39,630 nucleotides of DNA. Origin: Nemertoderma westbladi (lineage: Eukaryota > Animalia > Xenacoelomorpha). The translations under genes were made by a program, and so were the position numbers. Below the pieces are notes generated by a model, which was not told where the DNA came from, did not search any database, and was given only the letters and a program-made list of their open reading frames with translations. The stretch lies in NCBI GenBank assembly GCA_032718475.1, contig JAUCBJ010001737.1, forward strand, positions 1 through 39,630. Reading direction: 5' to 3'. Below, one piece after another: positions 1 through 11,487 of this stretch (position 1 is its first letter; each line of letters starts with the position of its first letter).

Positions 1-839
1 TGAGACCTAATGGTTTTATGGTAGGCCTACGATTTATAAATCGTTAGATTTGATTTATAATATATATATACCCGTTTTAATGGGTTTTGTCTATGTTTGA
101 AATAAATGTTATTATTTCTGGGGTAATCACTACACAAAGCGGTGCGCTTTTAGTGAAGTGTTACTTATAGACACTAAAACAAATATTACTAATTTACCTA
201 AGTTACTTAATACTACAAATTACGTACAATTCGGGTTGAGATTACAATCTCTAAATAAACACAAAAATTTACAAAAACACAAATACGAATTTTTAGGGTA
301 ATTTTACAAGAAGTCTACAAACCAGCCTAACAAAGGGTTAGAAAACTGATTATTACAGCGGACAGGGTACTACGGTATTTGAAATAATAAGTAGTAGTAA
401 ATACACTGCGTTGTCCAGATAGGAAAATACCACCGCCTGACGACCTATAGCCGTATCGCTATAGGTTCTACGTTATGTATCACGGAGTGTTCCTACCTAG
501 AAGTTAATAGAGCTAATCGAATGTGCCTATCAACCACTTTACAACACAAATATAATGCCTACAATAATTACTTCGGAAAGTACGGTACACTAAACCCTAA
601 ATTAGGTACGAGTACTTGTATAACAAATAATCAGTAGTTAAATATACTTGAACAGCTAAAAGAACCACGGCATCTGCTGGAGTGACCGATGCACAAAATC
701 ACCAGTCTTTACCTACGCCGAGCAGCCCGTGTAGTACCGAGGTTAATTTAACTATAGCGGTATGTATAACAAACACAATTACTGTAGGAACAAACTTGGG
801 GACTTGAATGTTGCGAATAATCGCATAAACTCTGAATAA

Positions 840-1405
840 TAAATATTACGCTACGCGTACAAACTACTCAAACAAAATACAGACCGAACACTGACAGACT
901 ACTATCAAGCCTAAACAAACTACGGTATATGCAGACTCCGAAATGATTAGGGAGTATGCGCTCTAACCCAGTAGTGCGACTTATTCTTTAGTCGGGGGTT
1001 TACCTTACAGCTTCGCTGCCCCTACTGCCTAATCGTACTTAATCGGACAGATGATCTACACACGCAGCAATCCGTTCAGACCTAATAACAGCCAGACAAC
1101 TATCCAGCCTACAAATTATCTAAATAAAATTATACGCTACCCGTACAGACTTACACAAACAAAGTACAGACTAAACGATGGCAGACTACTCTCAAGCCTA
1201 AATAAATTACAGGACATGCAGACTCCGAAATGATTAGGGAGTATGCGCTCTAACCCAGTAGTGCGACTTATTCTTTAGTTGGGGGTTTACCTTACAGCGT
1301 TGCTGCCCCTACTTCCTAACCGTACTTAATCGGACAAGTGCTCTACACACACTGCAATTCGTTCGGACTTAACAGCAATCAGACAACAGCTCAGCCTACA
1401 AATTG
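840..1405. repeat. Imperfect tandem duplication, two copies, period about 287 bp
   Basis: GCAGACTCCGAAATGATTAGGGAGTATGCGCTCTAACCCAGTAGTGCGACTTATTCTTTAGT occurs at 931 and 1218. Similarity continues on both sides. Outer edges are approximate. Confidence 0.85.
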
Positions 1406-3238
1406 TCTGTACAATCTGATCAGGTTTACACGCCTTCTGTTCAATACTGGCCTACAAACAAATAAAACTGACAGAAATAGGCCTAAGTAAAATCCCAATA
1501 AAAACCAGGCGTCCCCGATTAATTATTAAGACCTACCGGCATATATAATCAAATCGAATAATACTGCTGTACTTATACGGAAGTAGGTACCGGTCCGGAT
1601 GATCAGGCAGTCAGGCCTACTGGTTACCGGTCGACCGGTACTTTCGACTTTATTGCTTACTGCAATAAAGAAGCTATATCCTTTAATGTTCGCGCTTTCA
1701 GACCTTTGGCAGTTTAACCCACCAAATTAAGATGTCTTCTAGATATTAAATCTGTTTTTTAGTCTATGACAAGTATTTGATTCACTACACTAGTCGAAAC
1801 CAATCCGTGCGCGACCATTCACCCGCTGGATATTCCCGGGAGATTGGGTTCGACGGTTTAATTTTTATTGCTATGTAAGCCTAATGTATTATTCGACTGA
1901 CAGTATTATATAATCTCTGACAATATTATTCACCTTCGGTAATATTAACAGTTCCTTTAGGACGTGGCGCTTTATCTATATAAACAGAGTTATGACTTAA
2001 ACTACTCACAACGATATGGCTTAATTATAATTCACATATATGGCGCATTCTTTAGGAATTGCTTCTTTAACAGACTCACTCATACACTATGCTGAACAAT
2101 ACTGCACACTAATCTGCCAATCTTCACTGATTTTAGTCACATATAAAAGGAACACAGGCTGACTCATGTAGGGTCTATCAAATAACATTAGATTCACTTC
2201 AAACCACTTTAACATAAGTCACAATCGTTATTGGTAACCTTTCTCTCTTACCTTCGGTATATCAAGAATATTGGGTTGCGGGGTTATTTATCGTTATTCC
2301 AAATATAATAATTCATCAACCATATTATGAAGAACTGACAGTAAATAGCAGTATAAAACAACAACTGAACAGTTAGGTAGACACCGGTATGTCAGCAGGT
2401 AGTCGTTTGTTTGTTAAAGGATATATGCCCTTTATAATTAAACCTACTAGTGTAAGACTAAAAAGCAGTACAGCACAAAATACTTCCAAGCCGTTCTTTC
2501 TTTGGCTCAAGACTGAATGTAAACACTGCACATAGGCATTGCGTCATTTCTCGGAAATTTTCTGTACAAGGAGCCACAAAAACGCTCTCATTGGCTGACT
2601 GAACTGAGAGACGCCGTAGAACAAAGGAAATCAACACGTATGAATGTCAGCTGTTAACCGTAGTCATAGTAACTACTGTTCAAGAGTAGCTATCACCCTT
2701 TTGCGTCACGAATTGCCATAGAATCATAAAAATATGCCTTTCACAGTACACATACGGAGGAAATAGGTCTTAGATCCTCTAAAAACACCGATACAGCAAT
2801 AATACGGTCTCTTACACTTATTAAATCAACTACAGAGTATTTTAATGTAAAAGATAATAAAAGTAACGGGGCAATTCAGCAAAGGCTTTTACAGATCGTT
2901 TGTGATTGATTTAGATGTATTCAGTTGAGATTTCATTTAGATATCTTTTAGATTTATTGATCTGGGACTGGATAATTGATTTGAGATTGATTGATTTGAT
3001 ATATTAAGTAATTTGCAATTGATTGATAGGAAGGAAGTTGACTTCACATTTCCACAAATGGAACTAATGACCCCCGAGATTTAAATTCCCCGGGACGTGT
3101 AGGCCTATTCTCTATCCTCACACTATACTAGACTCACGAATTGATACCTGGGATTGGTTAATGAACAATACTTTCATTGGATGTTTAAAGGGGTGGTTAG
3201 TGTAAGGATCTTTTAATAAATATATAATAATCAAATAG

Positions 3239-3372
3239 GTTCAGTGGAGAGACCCAACAATCTCCCAGACCAATGAAGCGGGCGTCTATAAAGGCTTCTC
3301 CACCAGTAATGCGGCGACCAAGTTCATCTCTCTCGGAAAACCTTCCAAAACATGATAACGTGTCGGATACAG
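3239..3372 (+). CDS. Internal coding exon of a plus-strand host gene (S/P/R-rich, unidentified)
   Basis: Acceptor aatag| at 3237-38. Open frame FSGETQQSPRPMKRASIKASPPVMRRPSSSLSENLPKHDNVSDT. Consensus donor CAG|GTAAGT at 3373. The phase-1 end is compatible with the exons at 12781 and 16523. Confidence 0.7.
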
Positions 3373-6300
3373 GTAAGTTTCATAAACGGACCGAAACATG
3401 ATAACGTGTCGGATACAGGTAAGTTTCATAAACCTACCGAAACATGATAACGTGTCGGTACAGGTTTCGTAAACGGACCGAAACATGATAATGTGTCGGA
3501 TACAGGTAAGTTTCATAAACGGACCGAAACATGATAACGTGTCGGATACAGGTAAGTTTCATAAACCTACCGAAACATGATAACGTGTCGGATACAGGTA
3601 AGTTTCATAAACCTACCGAAACATGATAATGTGTCGGTACAGGTTTCGTAAACGGACCGAAACATGATAATGTGTCGGATACAGGTAAGTTTCATAAACG
3701 GACCGAAACATGATAACGTGTCGGATACAGGTTTCGTAAACGGACCGAAACATGATAATGTGTCGGATACAGGTAAGTTTCATAAACGGACCGAAACATG
3801 ATAACGTGTCGGATACAGGTAAGTTTCATAAACCTACCGAAACATGATAATGTGTCGGATACAGGTAAGTTACATAAACGGACCGAAACATGATAAGGTG
3901 TCGGATACAGGTAAGTTTCATAAACGGACCGAAACATGATAAGGTGTCGGATACAGGTAAGTTTCATAAACGGACCGAAACATGATAACGTGTCGGATAC
4001 AGGTAAGTTTCATAAACCTACCGAAACATGATAATGTGTCGGATACAGGTAAGTTACATAAACGGACCGAAACATGATAACCTGTCGGATACAGGTAAGT
4101 TTCATAAACCTACCGAAACATGATAACGTGTCGGATACAGGTAAGTTTCATAAACCTACCGAAACATGATAAAGTGTCGGATACAGGTAAGTTTCATAAA
4201 CGGACCGAAACATGATAACGTGTCGGATACAGGTAAGTTTCATAAACCTACCGAAACATGATAACGTGTCGGATACAGGTAAGTTTCATAAACGGACCGA
4301 AACATGATAATGTGTCGGATACAGGTAAGTTTCATAAACGGACCGAAACATGATAACTTGTCGGATACAGGTAAGTTTCATAAACGGACCGAAACATGAT
4401 AACGTGTCGGATACAGGTAAGTTTCATAAACGGACCGAAACATGATAACGTGTCGGATACAGGTAAGTTTCATAAACCTACCGAAACATGATAACGTGTC
4501 GGATACAGGTAAGTTTCATAAACGGACCGAAACATGATAACTTGTCGGATACAGGTAAGTTTCATAAACGGACCGAAACATGATAACGTGTCGGATACAG
4601 GTAAGTTTCATAAACGGACCGAAACATGATAACGTGTCGGATACAGGTAAGTTTCATAAACGGACCGAAACATGATAACTTGTCGGATACAGGTAAGTTT
4701 CATAAACGGACCGAAACATGATAACGTGTCGGATACAGGTAAGTTTCATAAACGGACCGAAACATGATAACGTGTCGGATACAGGTAAGTTTCATAAACG
4801 GACCGAAACATGATAACTTGTCGGATACAGGTAAGTTTCATAAACGGACCGAAACATGATAACGTGTCGGTACAGGTTTCATAAACGGACCGAAACATGA
4901 TAACGTGTCGGATACAGGTAAGTTTCATAAACGGACCGAAACATGATAACTTGTCGGATACAGGTAAGTTTCATAAACGGACCGAAACATGATAACGTGT
5001 CGGTACAGGTTTCATAAACGGACCGAAACATGATAACGTGTCGGATACAGGTTTCATAAACGGACCGAAACATGATAACGTGTCGGTACAGGTTTCATAA
5101 ACGGACCGAAACATGATAACGTGTCGGATACAGGTTTCCTAAACGGACCGAAACATGATAATGTGTCGGATACAGGTAAGTTTCATAAACGGACCGAAAC
5201 ATGATAACGTGTCGGATACAGGTAAGTTTCATAAACCTACCGAAACATGATAATGTGTCGGATACAGGTAAGTTACATAAACGGACCGAAACATGATAAG
5301 GTGTCGGATACAGGTAAGTTTCATAAACGGACCGAAACATGATAAGGTGTCGGATACAGGTAAGTTTCATAAACGGACCGAAACATGATAACGTGTCGGA
5401 TACAGGTAAGTTTCATAAACCTACCGAAACATGATAATGTGTCGGATACAGGTAAGTTACATAAACGGACCGAAACATGATAACCTGTCGGATACAGGTA
5501 AGTTTCATAAACCTACCGAAACATGATAACGTGTCGGATACAGGTAAGTTTCATAAACCTACCGAAACATGATAAAGTGTCGGATACAGGTAAGTTTCAT
5601 AAACGGACCGAAACATGATAACGTGTCGGATACAGGTAAGTTTCATAAACCTACCGAAACATGATAACGTGTCGGATACAGGTAAGTTTCATAAACGGAC
5701 CGAAACATGATAACGTGTCGGATACAGGTAAGTTTCATAAATGGACCGAAACATGATAACTTGTCGGATACAGGTAAGTTTCATAAACGGACCGAAACAT
5801 GATAACGTGTCGGATACAGGTAAGTTTCATAAACGGACCGAAACATGATAACGTGTCGGATACAGGTAAGTTTCATAAACCTACCGAAACATGATAACGT
5901 GTCGGATACAGGTAAGTTTCATAAACGGACCGAAACATGATAACTTGTCGGATACAGGTAAGTTTCATAAACGGACCGAAACATGATAACGTGTCGGATA
6001 CAGGTAAGTTTCATAAACGGACCGAAACATGATAACGTGTCGGATACAGGTAAGTTTCATAAACGGACCGAAACATGATAACTTGTCGGATACAGGTAAG
6101 TTTCATAAACGGACCGAAACATGATAACGTGTCGGATACAGGTAAGTTTCATAAACGGACCGAAACATGATAACGTGTCGGATACAGGTAAGTTTCATAA
6201 ACGGACCGAAACATGATAACTTGTCGGATACAGGTAAGTTTCATAAACGGACCGAAACATGATAACGTGTCGGTACAGGTTTCATAAACGGACCGAAACA

Positions 6301-6606
6301 TGATAACGTGTCGGATACAGGTAAGTTTCATAAACGGACCGAAACATGATAACTTGTCGGATACAGGTAAGTTTCATAAACGGACCGAAACATGATAACG
6401 TGTCGGTACAGGTTTCATAAACGGACCGAAACATGATAACGTGTCGGATACAGGTTTCATAAACGGACCGAAACATGATAACGTGTCGGTACAGGTTTCA
6501 TAAACGGACCGAAACATGATAACGTGTCGGTTACAGGTTTCCTAAACGGACCGAAACATGATAACGTGTCGGATACAGGTAAGTTTCATAAACCCGCCGA
6601 AACATA
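3348..6606. repeat. Minisatellite, 46-bp unit (AAACATGATAACGTGTCGGATACAGGTAAGTTTCATAAACGGACCG), about 70 copies, with a 1403-bp higher-order duplication
   Basis: Read directly. 41- and 42-bp variants lack AAGT. The variant order recurs at offset 1403 (ORF-track pairs 3692/5095, 4746/6149, 4879/6282). Confidence 0.98.
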
Positions 6607-6994
6607 CCGAATACCGGTACTTAAGTTAACACTTGGGCGTAAAATTGGGCCAACGTAGATGGGTGGTGGCTGCAGTAGCCGCAAGTAAGACAAAAAATTA
6701 TTTAGTTCGGGGCGTATGCACCAGATTATATTAGACATGAACTAATTGGATCATGATATTAGGGCGAATTCGAACTATAGCTAACACAGACTAATTGTTG
6801 TATGAACCATTGTAGCACATTGTAACCTTAATACAATCAGTAATAGTCGTTCTAATCTAGATTATAGTAGATTGAGGTAACCTGCCTGACAGAATGGGCG
6901 GGCCTAATAACGCCCTCTTGAAATTAACTCCCCAGTTATCTCAGCCTAGGCTGAGAACACTCCCTTTAGGTACACTCTATTTACGGTAAGTATC

Positions 6995-8800
6995 TTGTGG
7001 AAGTCGTAGCTTGGAACCTTGAGGAAGTCGTAGCAGGGGACATTTTGGAAGTCGTAGCGGGGAACCATTTGGAATTCTTAGCTGAGAACCATAAGGAAGT
7101 CTTATAAAGGGGCCACGTGGAAGTCGTAGCCAGGGATAAGTGAAAGTCGTAGCGGGGAACCTTGTGGAAGTCGTAGCTGGGCATGGAAGTCGTAGCTGGG
7201 GACAATGGGGAAGTCGTAGCTAAGAATCATAAGGAAGTCGTTGCAGGGGACCATGTGGAAGTCGTAGCTGGAGACCTAGTGAAAGTCGTAGCTGGGGATC
7301 ATGTGGAAGTCGTAGCTGGGGAGGGGATCATGTGGAAGTCGTAGCTGGGGAGGGGATCATGTGGAAGTCGTAGCTGGGGATCATGTGGAAGTCGTAGCTG
7401 AGAACCATAAGGAAGTCGTAGCAGGGGACCATGTGGAAGACGTAGCTGGGGAGGGGATCATGTGGAAGTCGTAGCTGGGGAGGGGATCATGTGGAAGTCG
7501 TAGCTGGGGAGGGGATCATGTGGAAGTCGTAGCTGGGGAGGGGATCATGTGGAAGTCGTAGCTGGGGATCATGTGGAAGTCGTAGCTGAGAACCATAAGG
7601 AAGTCGTAGCTGGGGACCATGTGGAAGACGTAGCTGGAGACCTAGTGAAAGGCGTAGCGGGAACCTTGGGGAAGTCGTAGCTGGGGATCATGTGGAAGTC
7701 GTAGCTGGGGATCATGTGGAAGTCGTAGCTGGGGAGGGGATCATGTGGAAGTCGTAGCTGGGGAGGGGATCATGTGGAAGTCGTAGCTGGGGATCATGTG
7801 AAAGTCGTAGCTGGGGATCATGTGGAAGTCGTAGCTGAGAACCATAAGGAAGTCGTAGCAGGGGACCATGTGGAAGACGTAGCTGGAGACCTAGTGAAAG
7901 TCGTAGCGGGAACCTTGTGAAAGTCGTAGCGGGAACCTTGGGGAAGTCGTAGCTGGGGATCATGTGGAAGTCGTAGCTGGGGATCATGTGGAAGTCGTAG
8001 CTGGGGACAATGGGGAAGTTGGAAGTTGTACAGATTAGTAAATTAATAATTATGTATAAATAATTACAGAAATAAGAATAACATCTATTTACGGTAAGTA
8101 TCTTGTGGAAGTCGTAGCAGGGGACCATGTGACCACTAAGAGAGAGTGGTAGCGGGGAACCTCGTGGAAGTCGTAGCTGGGGATCATGTGGAAGTCGTAG
8201 CCAGGGATCATGTGGAAGTCGTACCTGGAGACCTAGTAAAAGTCGTAGCGGGGAACCTTGTGGAAGTCGTAGCAGGATACCATGTTGAAGTCGTAACTGG
8301 AGACCTAGAGAAAGTCGTAGCGGGGAACCTTGTGGAAGTCGTAGCTGGGGATCATGTGGAAGTCGTAACTGGAGACCTAGAGAAAGTCGTAGCGGGGAAC
8401 CTTGTGGAAGTCGTAGCTGGGGATCATGTGGAAGTCGTAACTGGAGACCTAGTAAAAGTCGTAGCGGGGAACCTTGTGGAAGTCGTAGCTGGGGATCATG
8501 TGGAAGTCGTAACTGGAGACCTAGAGAAAGTCGTAGCGGGGAACCTTGTGGAAGTCGTAGCTGGGGATCATGTGGAAGTCGTAACTGGAGACCTAGTTAA
8601 AGTCGTAGCGGGGAACCTTGTGGAAGTCGTAGCTGGGGATCATGTGGAAGTCGTAACTGGAGACCTAGTAAAAGTCGTAGCGGGGAACCTTGTGGAAGTC
8701 GTAGCTGGGGACAATGGGGAAGTTGTAGCTGAGAACCATAAGGAAGTCGTAGCCAGGGATCATGTGGAAGTCGTAGTAGCAGGGAACCTTGTGGAAGTTG
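6995..8800. repeat. G-rich minisatellite, 24-bp unit (ATGTGGAAGTCGTAGCTGGGGATC), with 29-bp variants and a 72-bp trimer structure at about 8280-8700
   Basis: Read directly. Interrupted by a non-repeat segment at 8029-8105. Confidence 0.95.
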
Positions 8801-9494
8801 AAAAAGAATCACTCACTTATATCAATGGATCAAAATTAATTCTCATTTGCTGCCTTGTTTAGATTTTTAGAGACCTTCGCTCGTGCTGTGCTACATCCTG
8901 CCATATTATGTAAAAAGTGCAAAAAAACTAACTCGTAATACAAATTCTGTCAAATTTATTTTTGACAAATTATAATAACAGTTATTTTCGTTCAAATACC
9001 GTTTCGTCAAACTATAGTATCTCCGACATGCTTATGTTATATTTGATTTTTTGAGATCATTGACATTTTTTTTGGTGCACTGCTCTTTTATACATACAAA
9101 TAGAATAGTTTTTCTAGTAGCTTCAATCCACGCCGAAATAGAGCATACTGCAAAAATTTTATGACTAGTTAACTTGACTTCGGCATACTTAAAAATAAAT
9201 CTTGTTTTTCTGATTTCTCATTAATCACAAAATGTGACTTACTATAGTTTGACTTGGGATTTTATAATTAAATTATTATATATTATTCAATTCAATACGA
9301 TATGGCCGAAACCTTCTAATTAATAACAGACCCCCTATTGATATTGAAATTTAAATGTATTCGTACCTGACTTCCTGAGGTTCAAATCTGCAATCCATAC
9401 AGATTAGTAAATGAATAATTATGTATAAATAATTACAGAAATAAGAATTAACACACTGGTAAACAATTAATAAATATTGATTCGCGTTTGAGTT

Positions 9495-9911
9495 CTATTT
9501 ACGGTAAGTATCTTGATAGTATTTATAACATATAACTCCACCTAAACCAACAATAAAAAATCCCTGAGCTAAGACTCGAGTAGTAGTTAAGTAAAGATGA
9601 CCCGGTACCACATGTGGTGCTGTTTGCCACTTGTACAGTCTATATCCCAGTATAGCAGAGGTACCACCCACCACCGCCCACAGTGTGGGATCTCGTGAAA
9701 CCGTCCTTCCCCCCGATCTCTGAGATTCCAAGGTCGCTATAATTTCATCGCGTCTTTCCGGACTTATATCGTCAGCATGGTACGTGTGATGGTCGTGTTT
9801 TTGATGGTCGAGTTTTCGTTTTACATAATTTTCGTATTTTTCATCACCCATAAGTTTTCTCCTTTGAATCTCTTGGGCTTCCCTTTCTGGGTTTCTTTTC
9901 TCGTCCACCAT
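9495..9911 (-). CDS. HIGD1: HIG1 (hypoxia-induced gene) domain mitochondrial membrane protein, HIGD1A-like, 138 aa, CDS intronless
   Basis: First ATG at 9911 (MVDEKR...). The C-terminal half, PTLWAVVGGTSAILGYRLYK...HLYLTTTRVLAQGFFIVGLGGVICY, has two hydrophobic helices and the HIG1 signature RV-x-AQG. Confidence 0.85.
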   Translation of the reverse strand: MVDEKRNPEREAQEIQRRKLMGDEKYENYVKRKLDHQKHDHHTYHADDISPERRDEIIATLESQRSGGRTVSRDPTLWAVVGGTSAILGYRLYKWQTAPHVVPGHLYLTTTRVLAQGFFIVGLGGVICYKYYQDTYRK

Positions 9912-10265
9912 ACTGCTGGAATCAGACAATCAGACTGCTCAATCAATCAAAATTCAAGAAATATTGTAATGTCAAGGACTACTGAAGCAAGGACTGGCAC
10001 ATGGTAAATCCAGACTTCGCTAGTGAAGGGTTTAGGGCTTAGGCCTATGTTAGGTTGTTTATGTTGTTTCATCCCAGCATCCTGGCTGCCTGGGGTTAAA
10101 AATTCTGGAGAATCTATTTTTGGTACCGGTATAGTTTTACAATTACATGTTGCTTTCATGTATTGTTTTCAATATTTTAATATTTCTTAATAATAATGTG
10201 ACTTACCGGTACCGGTACTGTATAGGCCTGTAGGCTGATACTAGGCCTATAGGCCTAGGCCTATA

Positions 10266-11487
10266 CCGTAATTCGGGGTGACTTGATACAGTTTTTGCCT
10301 TTAACTGTGAATATCTTCTGAAGTTTTTATCCTACACATATGGAATAAAAAGAAAATTTTATAGTCGGAATGAGTACTACACCACTAGACTAAAGCACTA
10401 TTTCAGGTGCTTAGTCTAGTGGTGTTTTTTTCGTAAAAACCAGCTGTATCAAGTCACCCCACATAACGGGGTGACTTGATACACAAGCAAATTTTCCGCA
10501 ATAATACCACTCTGTGAATGAGTTTGGATCATGTTGTAGGCTGTGGGGGTGACTTGACTTGATACATCTTGGAAATTTTAAAAAAAGAACGAAGTCCCCA
10601 CCTAACGGGGATATACAATTATGGCTAAAATTAAAAAGAACTCCATTTTTTATGGCAAAATATTTCATATTTAACAAGATAAATTGCACTTTAAAAACGA
10701 AAAAGACCTTCATTGCATAGTGACATCCTGACACCAGTAAGTAAGACATTTTAGAAAAAAACTGGAAACTAAAACAATGAATTTAAGCACAAATTTTGCA
10801 AATTTAAGGTTTAAGTAAAGATAAAATATTTTAGAAAATTCAACATATAACAATATTTAACAATTTAAATTGAAGTTTAGAAGTTTAAAACGAAAAAGAC
10901 TTTCATTGCATTGTGACATCCTGACACCAGTAAATAAGACAAAACGTTTTAGAAAAAACTACAAACTAAATCAATTAATTTAAGCACAAATTTTGCAAAA
11001 TCAACGTTTAAGTCACAGGTAGTCACAGTTATCAGAACATTTTCGCCTACAATATACCATATATATGTATCAAGTCACCCCATTTTGAGACACACTTTCA
11101 AAAAACGGGCACTCCACCCCCAATTCCTATAAAAATTTGTACATTTTTTTTAGGATCATAATATTCAAACTCATCTATTAGCATCTGCAAAAATTATTTT
11201 TGAACAACATTAGGTAACCCAAAGTGTCAAAAATTCGACCTATTTTTTTGACATTTAAAAAAAGGGAATTTTTGAGAAATGCATTTTTGGCTCTAGTGAT
11301 CACAAATACGAAGCAATGACAAAATTTATTTTACTATTTGATAGACAATTTATTCAGACATCTTCTAATATTTCAATCAGTCAATTTTTATCATAAAATC
11401 ACTCAATCACCCACAATCCGTTAAAGAAAAAAAGTATAACTTGCTGTATCAAGTCACCTCAATGTATCAAGTCACCCCGAATTACGG
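10266..11487. mobile_element. Non-autonomous Tc1/mariner-superfamily (pogo-like) MITE, 1222 bp
   Basis: Perfect 25-bp TIR CCGTAATTCGGGGTGACTTGATACA (10266-10290 / 11463-11487). TA target-site duplication at 10264-65 and 11488-89. Internal copies of GTATCAAGTCACC. No transposase ORF. Confidence 0.92.

Noticed and set aside
3286-6476. Minus-strand MKLTCIRH... ORFs
   Set aside because: Translation artefacts of the 46-bp repeat.
6970-6985. 16-nt microexon (tttag|GTACACTCTATTTACG|gtaagt)
   Set aside because: The splice signals look good, but it shifts frame and gives a stop on joining 16523. The donor derives from the copied HIG1 fragment. It could only be a poison exon.
8146-8862. 238-aa VEVVAGDH repeat ORF
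   Set aside because: A 24-bp unit without stops stays open by construction. There is no ATG start and neighbouring units are frameshifted.
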